A stretch of DNA of 53,049 nt from positions 1 through 53,049 of the IMG/VR virus record IMGVR_UViG_3300007972_000001. The stretch is one strand, 5' to 3'. The DNA is from a virus. Its lineage: Duplodnaviria > Caudoviricetes. A program made the translations under genes and the position numbers. This document shows, piece after piece, positions 26,712-35,459 of the stretch. The notes below the pieces were generated by a model. That model worked only from the letters and a program-made list of their open reading frames with translations, was not told the DNA's origin and did not search any database. Every line of letters starts with the position of its first letter. Positions within the stretch are counted from its first letter, which is position 1.

Positions 26712-27812
26712 ATGCTTCAGCTTCGTTCAAAGACCCCGGGTCGCGCGATGCCCGTGCTTGCCTCGGGTCGCGCTGGCTCCAATGAGCCCTTCTTCAACAA
26801 GGCTGGGACGATCAATGCCTCGTCCCAAGCCGACCTGCTCGGCCAGATTTCGGCCATGCTCCAGGCCGTTGCCAGCCGTGAGGTCACTTTCGACCACATG
26901 GAAAACGCTGGTGTTGACACGTCGTATGGCACGGTTGCCGAACGCCGCGCTCACGTCATCGAGGCTTTCAATGACAAGTCCTCGAACAAGTGGGCCGAGC
27001 TTGGCTCGAACATTGGCGCGGTGATCTATGAAACGATCCAGCGTCAGGGTTTTATGCGCCGCTTCTTGCTGCGCGCTGACCTGCAACAGGGCAACGATCC
27101 CCGCCTGAACGTTCGCTTCCAGAACGTTACGGCGATGGTCGCTTCGGGTCCGGCCTCGTGCAACCCACGCTTCGTCAAAGAGAAGTACCTGATGCCTCCG
27201 GAGTTCTATGTCGAGGCTAACCCTCGTCTGGAACTGAAGGAAATCAACCGCGGCACTAGCGATCTGCTGGATGACGTGTTCGCCCGCGCGCAGGAACAGA
27301 TCATGGTTGCGGAAGACCGCGCCTATCTGAACATGCTCAACCAGTCGGTCGGCCTCGCCAACAACCTGCAGGTTCTCACTGGCGGTCTGACCCCGTCGAA
27401 CGTCGCCAACTTCCGCGCAGTGGTTGCTCAGTGGGGTCTGCCGACCTCTAATCTGATGATCACCCCGGCTGGTTGGTCGGATATCGTCGGTAACGCTTCG
27501 GCTTGGGGTAATCTGTTTGACCCCGTCACGCAGTACGAGATTGTCCAGACGGGCTATCTCGGTCGCCTGCTCGGCATGCCGATCACCACCGACGGCTTCC
27601 GTGACCCGAACCAGCGTGTTCTCGGCGCGAACGACGTGTTCCTGATCTCTGATCCGGTCAATCACGGCGCTTATACCGATCGTGGTCCGGTCGAAGCTAA
27701 TCCGACTGACGGCTACTATCGTGGCGAGCCATCGCGCGGCTGGTACATGGTCGAGATTCTCTCGATGGCCGTCGCCAACGTCAGGTCGTTCGTCAAGGGT
27801 CAAAGGGCTTAG
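26712..27812 (+). CDS. Major capsid protein (HK97 fold inferred)
   Basis: 366 aa, strong RBS and codon bias, position after scaffold and decoration genes, IMVAEDR spine helix and GYLGRLLGMPI motif, strong terminator downstream. Confidence 0.88.
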   Translation: MLQLRSKTPGRAMPVLASGRAGSNEPFFNKAGTINASSQADLLGQISAMLQAVASREVTFDHMENAGVDTSYGTVAERRAHVIEAFNDKSSNKWAELGSNIGAVIYETIQRQGFMRRFLLRADLQQGNDPRLNVRFQNVTAMVASGPASCNPRFVKEKYLMPPEFYVEANPRLELKEINRGTSDLLDDVFARAQEQIMVAEDRAYLNMLNQSVGLANNLQVLTGGLTPSNVANFRAVVAQWGLPTSNLMITPAGWSDIVGNASAWGNLFDPVTQYEIVQTGYLGRLLGMPITTDGFRDPNQRVLGANDVFLISDPVNHGAYTDRGPVEANPTDGYYRGEPSRGWYMVEILSMAVANVRSFVKGQRA

Positions 27813-27819
27813 TATTCAC

Positions 27820-27897
27820 AAAACATATCAACCGTTTACTTTTCGGTTGGTGTTTGCCGAGAGGGCGGCGGTGAAAGCCGCCGCCCTCTTCTAGTTT
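27820..27897 (+). terminator. Double hairpin/terminator after the MCP
   Basis: ATCAACCG...CGGTTGGT hairpin, then AGAGGGCGGCGGT-GAAA-GCCGCCGCCCTCT-TCTAGTTT. Confidence 0.8.
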
Positions 27898-27909
27898 GGG
27901 AGCAAGATC

Positions 27910-28104
27910 ATGTTCTGGTTCTGGTTCGCACTCGTCGTCACTAGCATCATCGCGACCCTAGTGTCACTGCTTGTGATCTTTGGTAATGCCATGTCTGACG
28001 CCCCAAGCGCGGGCTTCCAAGATGGTGGGACCATCGCCGTAGTGTGGGCCGTACCGATCTTGATTGCTCTTGGTGGCATACTGCAACACTTCATCGGAGG
28101 ATGA
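27910..28104 (+). CDS. Small two-helix membrane protein
   Basis: Two hydrophobic segments; GGGAG RBS right after the terminator. Confidence 0.65.
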   Translation: MFWFWFALVVTSIIATLVSLLVIFGNAMSDAPSAGFQDGGTIAVVWAVPILIALGGILQHFIGG

Positions 28105-28107
28105 GAC

Positions 28108-29094
28108 GTGAACCTTAAATTCTGCAAGTCCGGTGATCTGTTGATCGTTGCCGCCTCGGAGTGGATAGCTGCTCAAAAGTTGCTGGCCGCAGGTGACGAG
28201 GCTCGGGCCGAACAGCTCGCCAAGTCGTCCTCAGAGAAGGCCATGCGCGCCTTGTCTGACAAGAGTTTCCACATGCTGGCGCTCGCCATTCATGACCATA
28301 ATTCGCTCGTCCGCCAGCAGGAGCTGGGTGACGGCGATTTGTATGGTGACATGCAGGATGATCTGTATCGTCAGTCTAATGGTGATGGTGCTGGCGAAGT
28401 TGAAGATATCAACGATCTTTCTGATCCTACCGCTGAAGAGATGAACATCGACGCTGAGGGATCGCACCACATTGACCCTTTGTCTACCGCTCAGGTAGAA
28501 GAGTGCGATGAGCATGATGACAACGCGGGAGAGGAAGATGATGGTGGCGTAGTCGCCAGCTTCCATATTCAAGACATGGGCATTGACCCAACGTTCGACT
28601 CTGAGGCCAACCCTCAGCATAGCACTCGCCAGGGTGATCGTCCGGTCGGTGGTCCTTCGGAAATCAAGACTGAGGACGACTATGAGCCGTCTCCAGATGA
28701 TACTGCGATTGCTGATGCCTTTAGCCGCATGCGGTCTATCCCTGCCGATAGTCAGTCCATGCTGAGCGATGAACCCGGTAGAAACACGGGTGGACCAACA
28801 CCGTCAATGCTCGCCAGGGTAGAACGTCTCAACGCCAGCGTTAGGGTTGCCTCTGTGGTGTCTAAACTGCTGGCTGGTGAAAACGACAATGAGGACGAGC
28901 CGGAGTTCAAGATCGTGGACAAGCATCTCAATCCTCCGAAGAGGAGTGTTGATCCCTGCAACGGTACTAAGGTTGAGGACGCTCGTGCTGAACTGGCTGC
29001 TATCCGTCGCCGTCGTCGCGCCCGCAAGCCTAAGCCTACGATTAGTGAACGCTCGCAGGCTGCCCGAGACGCGGCTGCTGGTCGCCGTCACTAA
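28108..29094 (+). CDS. Acidic putative head protein with Arg-rich C-terminus
   Basis: GGAGG RBS, GTG start; acidic centre, IRRRRRARK tail. Confidence 0.65.
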   Translation: MNLKFCKSGDLLIVAASEWIAAQKLLAAGDEARAEQLAKSSSEKAMRALSDKSFHMLALAIHDHNSLVRQQELGDGDLYGDMQDDLYRQSNGDGAGEVEDINDLSDPTAEEMNIDAEGSHHIDPLSTAQVEECDEHDDNAGEEDDGGVVASFHIQDMGIDPTFDSEANPQHSTRQGDRPVGGPSEIKTEDDYEPSPDDTAIADAFSRMRSIPADSQSMLSDEPGRNTGGPTPSMLARVERLNASVRVASVVSKLLAGENDNEDEPEFKIVDKHLNPPKRSVDPCNGTKVEDARAELAAIRRRRRARKPKPTISERSQAARDAAAGRRH

Positions 29095-29104
29095 GGAGGA
29101 TGAG

Positions 29105-29863
29105 ATGTCTAAGGAAATAGCAGCGGCAATTCGTTGGTCTATTGGTAGTCATAAGAAACCTTATGACGCTTTGGTGGCTAAACATAAAGGACACGTGCTG
29201 CATATTACTCACAATGGAAAAGAGGGTGCATCCAGCAAATACGTTGGTTGGATTAACGGCAAGAGAGTTGGTGAACATAAGTCTAAGACCTCTCTAAAAT
29301 CAATTCTTACTAACCACGTTAACCATAAAGAAAAAGCGGCTGATGAAAACGCCAAGCTCTCAGACGCCTTCAAGAACTCTCATGGTCAGCTCCACAAGGC
29401 GCTGCACGTTGATCCAGATGAGCCGATCCCTGCTGGCAAGCTCAAGGAAGCTCTGCACAGCAAGAACCCAAAGATTCGCAAGATGGCTCTGCCCGTTGAG
29501 AACATGAAGAAGGCTAAGGAGAAAGCAATGGTTACTAAGGAACAGATCGTCGCTGCCAACCTTAAGGCGATGGAGAAGGCGGCTGTAGGTAAACCAAAAG
29601 GCTTTACCCACGTGAAACATGCCGTGTACTATTCCGGTGAACGTCACGCGAAATTCCATTCAGAGGCTTCCAAACTGGCAAAATCTTTTGGTGGAACAAG
29701 TCACAATAACAACGTGAGCAAGCCTGGAAAGTCTTCGGGCCTATACACGGTTCCGAAACAGCACAAAGCTACCTTCCGCGCTGGAATAAGTGACTTGGCC
29801 AAGAAACATGGTTTGAAGGGTGTTTCCCATGTTGTCCATCAGTACCATAAGAAGGGTGTCTAA
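29105..29863 (+). CDS. His/Lys-rich modular putative internal head protein (possible internal start at 29528)
   Basis: AAGGAGG RBS; repeated E-x-A-A motifs; shares modules with 19297 and 30613. Confidence 0.7.
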   Translation: MSKEIAAAIRWSIGSHKKPYDALVAKHKGHVLHITHNGKEGASSKYVGWINGKRVGEHKSKTSLKSILTNHVNHKEKAADENAKLSDAFKNSHGQLHKALHVDPDEPIPAGKLKEALHSKNPKIRKMALPVENMKKAKEKAMVTKEQIVAANLKAMEKAAVGKPKGFTHVKHAVYYSGERHAKFHSEASKLAKSFGGTSHNNNVSKPGKSSGLYTVPKQHKATFRAGISDLAKKHGLKGVSHVVHQYHKKGV

Positions 29864-30616
29864 GTGACTGACTCCGTTAGCGCCAACGCAGCTCAGCACA
29901 TCCAGCAGGCAGAATTTATGGAGTTTTCCATCGGTGCCTTGACGCGAGTGCTGCGTGAGGTGTACGGCGGAATTGACTCCTCAGAGAAGCCGATTGAAGT
30001 AAAGCTCTGCCCGAACAAGAACTACATCCGCAAGCTGTATCAGGTGAACGGGCCAATCAAGCCGACCAGCTTGCCGTTCATCGGATACATGCCGACGCAG
30101 TTTGAGTACGGCAGGACTGAGTTTAACCAGCAGGCCATGCGCCACCGAGGCATCAATCTCGGTCAAATGCAAAACGGCCAGGACTGGCTTATTGGTCACT
30201 TAACCCCAGTGACGATCACGGTGGATGTAGCATTCATTGGTAACAGCTACGATCAGTTCATCAAATTTAGCAAGCGATGGTTACAAAAACATCGTGATCT
30301 AACGTTTGCCATAACGGTTACTGAGACTGGTCATGATATTAGCATAAAGACTGTCGGACAAGAGTCTCTAGTTGCTCCTGATCTGCCTAGTGAAGGTGAC
30401 AACGGCGAGATGTTCATCTACGAGACTAGCCTCCAGATGAACACATACACAGGTCTGATCCAGAAACTGCCATCCGTCATTGACATTAAGGGTCAGGGTC
30501 ATATTGTGCCAACACAAGATGCAATGGACCCTGCATCACTGACTGCCTCGAAGACTCTGTATAATTTCCCCATGTTTGAGGTCAAGCTGACCAAGAACAC
30601 CAACTTGGAGCTATGA
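29864..30616 (+). CDS. Putative tail completion/terminator protein
   Basis: LPFI..., PVTITVDVAF and YETSL beta pattern plus position between head and sheath genes. Confidence 0.5.
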   Translation: MTDSVSANAAQHIQQAEFMEFSIGALTRVLREVYGGIDSSEKPIEVKLCPNKNYIRKLYQVNGPIKPTSLPFIGYMPTQFEYGRTEFNQQAMRHRGINLGQMQNGQDWLIGHLTPVTITVDVAFIGNSYDQFIKFSKRWLQKHRDLTFAITVTETGHDISIKTVGQESLVAPDLPSEGDNGEMFIYETSLQMNTYTGLIQKLPSVIDIKGQGHIVPTQDAMDPASLTASKTLYNFPMFEVKLTKNTNLEL

Positions 30617-31062
30617 AGATGGACAAGAAACAAATCGTCGCAGCCAACCTTGCGTATATGGAGAAAGCTGCAAAATGGGATGATATGTCGCAGAAGCAGC
30701 GGCAAGAGTATCTCAAAGAGCATCCACATAGTAAGCATGCTGCGGGCCACTCAACAACTGTAGAGAGACACCCTGATTATAAATACCATAAGATGCTTGC
30801 CGACAAGTTGAATAAAGCAACAGGTTCAAATTTGACTCACGAGCATATGGAACATTGGTTTGAGGGTGGGAAGCATTACAACAAAGCAGACAGAGTGGTC
30901 AAGAAGTACCTTGGTCGAGGTTTGTATCATGAGGCCTTGGCGAGGTTAGATAACGTATTGCATGCAAAGTTGCATGGAAAGAATAAGGCAAAAATTGGTG
31001 GAATCGAGTTTCATAATCTACAACATAACCGTCACCTGTTTGAGGGTCAGAAAAAGAAATGA
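30613..31062 (+). CDS. His/Lys-rich putative internal head protein
   Basis: Leader KKQIVAANLAYMEKAA shared with the internal segment of 29105; W..MS...Y.K.HP.SK module shared with 19297. Confidence 0.65.
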   Translation: MKMDKKQIVAANLAYMEKAAKWDDMSQKQRQEYLKEHPHSKHAAGHSTTVERHPDYKYHKMLADKLNKATGSNLTHEHMEHWFEGGKHYNKADRVVKKYLGRGLYHEALARLDNVLHAKLHGKNKAKIGGIEFHNLQHNRHLFEGQKKK

Positions 31063-31093
31063 CTGATTCTATCAACGTGTTGGAGTTAATTAG

Positions 31094-31441
31094 ATGAGTC
31101 TCCCAAAGACCCTAGTCATCGAACAAGTGGCAATACTGTCCTCCGAATATGGCAGGCGTGAGGCTGCTAACCAGCGCGCCGCCTACTCTGTCACGAATTT
31201 CTCCGTTCAGGAGTTATTTCTCAACCCTGGGCAGAGTTCGGCTGCTATCGCCGTGACTGGGGTTATGATCGCTGCTACAGATGGTGCCAACATGTCAGTA
31301 ACGATGACGAAGGGCTCCTCGTCAATAACCCTGGCTTTTAACCAATTGATGCAGATTTCATCAGCATTGGACTCTGTTGTTTTCACCAACAACACCGCTA
31401 CGGGTGGAGATTCCGCCCGTGTTAGGTTCATCTACGGCTAG
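31094..31441 (+). CDS. Hypothetical beta-rich virion protein
   Basis: GGAG RBS; located in the structural block. Confidence 0.6.
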   Translation: MSLPKTLVIEQVAILSSEYGRREAANQRAAYSVTNFSVQELFLNPGQSSAAIAVTGVMIAATDGANMSVTMTKGSSSITLAFNQLMQISSALDSVVFTNNTATGGDSARVRFIYG

Positions 31442-31443
31442 AA

Positions 31444-31473
31444 TTGAGGCACTTGGTGTCTCAATTTGTATTG
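31444..31473 (+). promoter_or_regulatory. Candidate late promoter/operator motif (copy 2)
   Basis: TTGAGGC-acttggtgtc-TCAATTT-gta-TTG; also an inverted repeat AATTGAGGCAC/GTGTCTCAATT; upstream of the sheath operon. Confidence 0.5.
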
Positions 31474-31494
31474 ACAGATTCAAAGGGGTTGAAA

Positions 31495-31758
31495 ATGACC
31501 TTGAAAATGCTGAACTCTACACCGTTCCCTAAGACTATCCGTAGCCATAGCGGAAACAGCGCCGTTCTTCCCGCCAAGACGGTATCTCTCGTCGATGACG
31601 AGTTCGATTGGATTATTCCGACAGGTGTGAAGATTCTGGAAAGAATCACAGACAAGCAGTTGTCTGGTCCGGTTACGCCGAGCGAAGCGCCGGTTGTGAC
31701 GGAGGAACCAGCGCCGGTTGTCATGAACCTCGTGGGTGTTGAGCCCTCCACGAAATAA
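31495..31758 (+). CDS. Small hypothetical protein upstream of the sheath
   Basis: AAGGGG RBS, ATG at 31495. Confidence 0.6.
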   Translation: MTLKMLNSTPFPKTIRSHSGNSAVLPAKTVSLVDDEFDWIIPTGVKILERITDKQLSGPVTPSEAPVVTEEPAPVVMNLVGVEPSTK

Positions 31759-31779
31759 TCAAGCCAGTAGGAGGCGATA

Positions 31780-34056
31780 TTGACTTTCCAGATCAGCCCC
31801 GGTGTATATCCGCAAATCACAGATGACAGTCAGACCGTTGCTGCGTTCCCAACTAGCATTGGGGCGCTATCATTCGGCAGCCGTCGCGGAACTCTGAAAC
31901 TCAAGTACATCACCAGCCAGCAAAACTTTCTGAACAACTTTGGCAACCCAGACGCTTCGTTTGGCTTCGGTCATTACAGCGCCTTACCATTCTTGCTCCA
32001 AAGCAGCTCGCTTTGGTGTCAGCGTGTTGTTGGCACAGGTGCTATGTACGGCCTCGGCGTATTCGTCAATAACTGGTATTACAACACTGGAGGCCTATCT
32101 GGCTTCTGGGAAGGAACCGACTATTCCTCCGTGCCACTCGGCAGTGACGTAGATAGTAGCCTGCTCAACCGAGAAGTCATTGATCTGATCTTTGACGGTC
32201 CACTTGTTGCAGGTAACACCGTCACGGTTACGATCAATAGTGTGGCTCAGGCACCAGTTGCCTTCACTGTTGATAACAATACCACGATGACTGCGATTGC
32301 CCAAGCTGCTCAGGCAGCTATGGACAACGTCGCTGTTGGTGGCTATGCCTATGTGGTGCAACGTCAGGCCAGCGGGCAGACGGCTAACCGTCGCATCGTT
32401 CGTTTAATCACTCCGAACAACTTTACCTCGACCGTCACTGCGACCGTTGGTGGTACTGGCACCAAGCCGGGCGTTTACGTCTACAACGCCCAATGGTTGT
32501 TCTTCACGCAGGCTGAGAACCCCGGTGCTTGGGGTAACAACGTCGCCGTGCAGATTTACTCCATTGATCAAGGTGTCAAGCAGCAGGTTGGCGTCTCGCT
32601 GAGCATGGCTCTTGTAACGTCTAACCAGATTTCTCTCACCATCAACGGTACGACTGTCACCCGGACATTCTCTACCGACAATAACACCACGCTGGCGGCT
32701 CTTTGCACGGCTATCCAGAGCACAACTCAATTAGCTGGATTCACTGCAACTCCAGTTAATCTGAACGCTGGTGTCAGTGCCAATAGAGAGATTATCATTA
32801 CAGCTCCGGACTCCGTGACAAACATTGCGGTGACAAACGCGGCTGTTACTGGTGGCTCTCAGCAGGCCGTTATCTCGACTAGCACTTTGGTGAACAGTGT
32901 TCCCTACAACGGAACATTCACTCTCAAAGTTGTCGAGGGGCAGAATCTTCGTATTCCGAATGAGTTCTACACCGCTTCGATGTACGACATGATCAGCGGA
33001 TTTGGCAATCAGCTCAACGTTGAGTTCCAAGTCAATCAGGGACCGACGCCGAGCGCGCGCCTGCGCCTGTACGCTAACCCCGCTCTGGCTGCAGGTGTTG
33101 TTCCGCAAGGGACCACTTCTATCAACACGGCTACGGGTGCTGGCTACTTGACGGGTGGTGCCGATGGCAATTTGCCGACCAGCGCCAACATCATCAGCGG
33201 CTGGAACGCTATGGCCGATCCAGAAACCGTCACGATCAGGATTTTGATCAATGGTGGTTACAGCACTCCGGAAGTTCAGCAGGCTATGGTCAACATTGCC
33301 TCGACCCGTCGTGACTGCTTCGCTATCATTGACATACCCAGCGATCAACAGGACTCAGCGAGTGCTGCGAATTATCGCAAGAACTCCATGAACGTCAACT
33401 CTTACTATGCTGCGGCTTACTCTCCGGATATCATGATCTTCGACCCCTACACGGGAAATCGACTGTTCGTGCCTCCGTCGGGTTATGTCGCTGCGCAGTT
33501 CGCCTACACCGACAAGAACTTTGCCGATTGGTTTGCCCCGGCGGGTCTGCGTCGAGGCGTCATCCCGAACTCTCTCGGGTTGAGGTATAACTACAACGAA
33601 GGTGATCGTGATCTGCTGTCGCAGGCTCAGGTCAACGGCATTAGGAACTACAGCGGTATCTTCCCGATTTGGGGCGAGTACACCCTGCAGTATGCCTCAT
33701 CGGCCATGTCCTCTGTGTCAGTCGTTCGACTGATCATCAGGATTGAAACGTCTGTTGTGGACACTGCTAACTACTTTGTGTTCGATCCGAACAACTCGGC
33801 CACAAGGTACAGGCTGTCGTCAACGGTCAATGACTTCTTGACTCCAATCAAGCGAGCAGGTGGTCTTTACGACTTCTTGGTTGTCTGCGATGACAGTAAT
33901 AACACACCGAACGTTGTGGATGCCAAGACGCTGATCATGGATATCTACGTGAAGCCAGTGCTGCCTGCCCTGTTCATCAGGATCAACACTCACGTGGAGA
34001 AGACTAGCGCCACGTTCACAGAGATCATCCAGATTAACTCTAATCCGACAGCTTGA
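31780..34056 (+). CDS. Contractile tail sheath protein
   Basis: SPGVY N-terminus, FLNNFGNP, RRDCFAIID, AAAYSP, VPPSG, WFAPAG..RG, SVVRL, VVCDDSNNT, IYVKP; GGAGG RBS with TTG start. Confidence 0.96.
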   Translation: MTFQISPGVYPQITDDSQTVAAFPTSIGALSFGSRRGTLKLKYITSQQNFLNNFGNPDASFGFGHYSALPFLLQSSSLWCQRVVGTGAMYGLGVFVNNWYYNTGGLSGFWEGTDYSSVPLGSDVDSSLLNREVIDLIFDGPLVAGNTVTVTINSVAQAPVAFTVDNNTTMTAIAQAAQAAMDNVAVGGYAYVVQRQASGQTANRRIVRLITPNNFTSTVTATVGGTGTKPGVYVYNAQWLFFTQAENPGAWGNNVAVQIYSIDQGVKQQVGVSLSMALVTSNQISLTINGTTVTRTFSTDNNTTLAALCTAIQSTTQLAGFTATPVNLNAGVSANREIIITAPDSVTNIAVTNAAVTGGSQQAVISTSTLVNSVPYNGTFTLKVVEGQNLRIPNEFYTASMYDMISGFGNQLNVEFQVNQGPTPSARLRLYANPALAAGVVPQGTTSINTATGAGYLTGGADGNLPTSANIISGWNAMADPETVTIRILINGGYSTPEVQQAMVNIASTRRDCFAIIDIPSDQQDSASAANYRKNSMNVNSYYAAAYSPDIMIFDPYTGNRLFVPPSGYVAAQFAYTDKNFADWFAPAGLRRGVIPNSLGLRYNYNEGDRDLLSQAQVNGIRNYSGIFPIWGEYTLQYASSAMSSVSVVRLIIRIETSVVDTANYFVFDPNNSATRYRLSSTVNDFLTPIKRAGGLYDFLVVCDDSNNTPNVVDAKTLIMDIYVKPVLPALFIRINTHVEKTSATFTEIIQINSNPTA

Positions 34057-34080
34057 TCGGTTTGAGATAGGAGAACACAA

Positions 34081-34605
34081 ATGCCTTCAATCTCGTTTGA
34101 ACAGATCCAGGCGCTGCCGGATGTACTGCTCGATGATCGATTCGAGTTGCTCATCAACCCAAAGGGTGACGGCGCTGGTAATACCGAGGCTCTCACGCTG
34201 CGCTGTCAAGGCGCAGCGATGCCGGGTTCTCAGATCGAACAGGTCCTTGTTGGCCTGTCCGGTCATCAGGTTCACTTCCGTGGCCGAAAGATTTACCCCA
34301 ACACGCTCGCCATTACTTATGTCGAGACGCACGAAGGTATCGTCATGACGACCCTTCGTCAGTGGAAGGAGTACATCGTTGGTAGTAGCTCCGGTAACGG
34401 CGCTTCTAAGCAGGATTACTCTGTCACGGCCACCCTCAATATCTTTGACGAGGGCGGCAATGTCGCTCTCTCCATCGACATTGAAGGCTTGTGGATCACT
34501 GACATTCAGGATACGCAGCTTAACGGTTCTGCCGCGCAGCCTTTCCTTGTTATGGTGACATTCAGCTATGACCGCGCCTTGCAGGATGGGGTTAGCATCA
34601 GCTAA
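34081..34605 (+). CDS. Tail tube protein (gp19-like)
   Basis: Directly after the sheath; RF....AAMPG, HFRGRK.Y, ITYVET, VTFSYD. Confidence 0.9.
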   Translation: MPSISFEQIQALPDVLLDDRFELLINPKGDGAGNTEALTLRCQGAAMPGSQIEQVLVGLSGHQVHFRGRKIYPNTLAITYVETHEGIVMTTLRQWKEYIVGSSSGNGASKQDYSVTATLNIFDEGGNVALSIDIEGLWITDIQDTQLNGSAAQPFLVMVTFSYDRALQDGVSIS

Positions 34606-34618
34606 TTAGGAGGCTGAT

Positions 34619-34864
34619 ATGCTAAAAACAAAAGTAAGAAAACCTGCAAAGTATGGCTCTAAGCTGCACCGGAAACGGATCAGCCTTTCCAAGCTTAGCA
34701 AGAGTAGGGTTAACCCTAAGCATCATCGAAAGAAGATGCAGATGCTACAAAAGGTGTATGAGCATCACGAAAAGCACCTTATACAGCATGGAAAGCCGCC
34801 GCCGCGCAGCCACACCAACACGAAGTACTTAAAGAAGCTCAGTAGGTCCCTCTTCATGAGGTGA
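34619..34864 (+). CDS. Small very basic Lys/His-rich protein
   Basis: GGAGG RBS; composition dominated by K, R and H. Confidence 0.6.
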   Translation: MLKTKVRKPAKYGSKLHRKRISLSKLSKSRVNPKHHRKKMQMLQKVYEHHEKHLIQHGKPPPRSHTNTKYLKKLSRSLFMR

Positions 34865-34888
34865 GATTTTCTGAAATCGATTGTAAAC

Positions 34889-34923
34889 AAGAGGCGTAGG
34901 GACAACTCTACGCCTCTTTCTTT
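34889..34923 (+). terminator. Intrinsic terminator fused to the RBS of the tube paralogue
   Basis: AAGAGGCGTAG-ggacaact-CTACGCCTCTT-TCTTT-GGAGA. Confidence 0.8.
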
Positions 34924-34935
34924 GGAGAAAATAGC

Positions 34936-35313
34936 ATGGATATTGAGATTATGGATCTTCCGCAGTGTGTCTGCAGGGACAAATTTGCTGTCCTAATGTC
35001 TGGGACTAGTGAAGCTACTTCCAAAACGATCAATCTGCTCACTCAGAACGTTGAAGTGTTCCGTGGCAAGTCTAGCACTACCGTCAGTCTTCACCTAGTA
35101 GAGACTACCGATTTGGAGGCAAAGAAAGCCATCGAGGAGATCAAAGGACTAAAGACGATCAACCTAAAAGTCGTTTTAATGTCTACTGAGGATGAGATGC
35201 TTGACACTATAGAAGATGGTGCCTTTTTCTACTACCATGAGTCAATCCGATTAAGTAACGAGCTTCCTATTTCTCCGCTCTTAAGGGTTGTCGTTTTACG
35301 GTCTGTAGACTAA
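34936..35313 (+). CDS. Shortened, divergent tail-tube-like protein
   Basis: IMDLPQCVCRDKFAVLM, LHLVETTD and PLLRVVVLRSVD parallel tube IQALPDVLLDDRFELLI, ITYVETHE and PFLVMVTFSYD. Confidence 0.55.
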   Translation: MDIEIMDLPQCVCRDKFAVLMSGTSEATSKTINLLTQNVEVFRGKSSTTVSLHLVETTDLEAKKAIEEIKGLKTINLKVVLMSTEDEMLDTIEDGAFFYYHESIRLSNELPISPLLRVVVLRSVD

Positions 35314-35318
35314 TGGCG

Positions 35319-35347
35319 TTGAAACCCATTAGTCTCAATTTATCTTG
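35319..35347 (+). promoter_or_regulatory. Candidate late promoter/operator motif (copy 3)
   Basis: TTGAAAC-ccattagtc-TCAATTT-atc-TTG, same spacing as copy 1. Confidence 0.5.
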
Positions 35348-35459
35348 TCAGACGGCGCGCCTTTTGTGCCGTCTGCGCCGAACCCTGTCGGCGACTTGTC
35401 TTGTTAGCGTCACCGAGATGATCCCGAGGGTGCCGTATGTCTAGCGTTAGGGGGTCGTT

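Noticed and set aside
26727-27803. 358-aa antisense ORF opposite the major capsid gene
   Set aside because: Mirror frame produced by the strong codon bias of a highly expressed gene; no RBS or recognisable motifs. The same applies to antisense ORFs over the scaffold and sheath.
28847-29104. N-terminal extension of the 338-aa ORF in the track
   Set aside because: Overlaps the upstream gene; a strong AAGGAGG RBS supports the ATG at 29105.
35311-35459. Possible tRNA
   Set aside because: No TTC-type T-loop, acceptor stem or cloverleaf spacing found.
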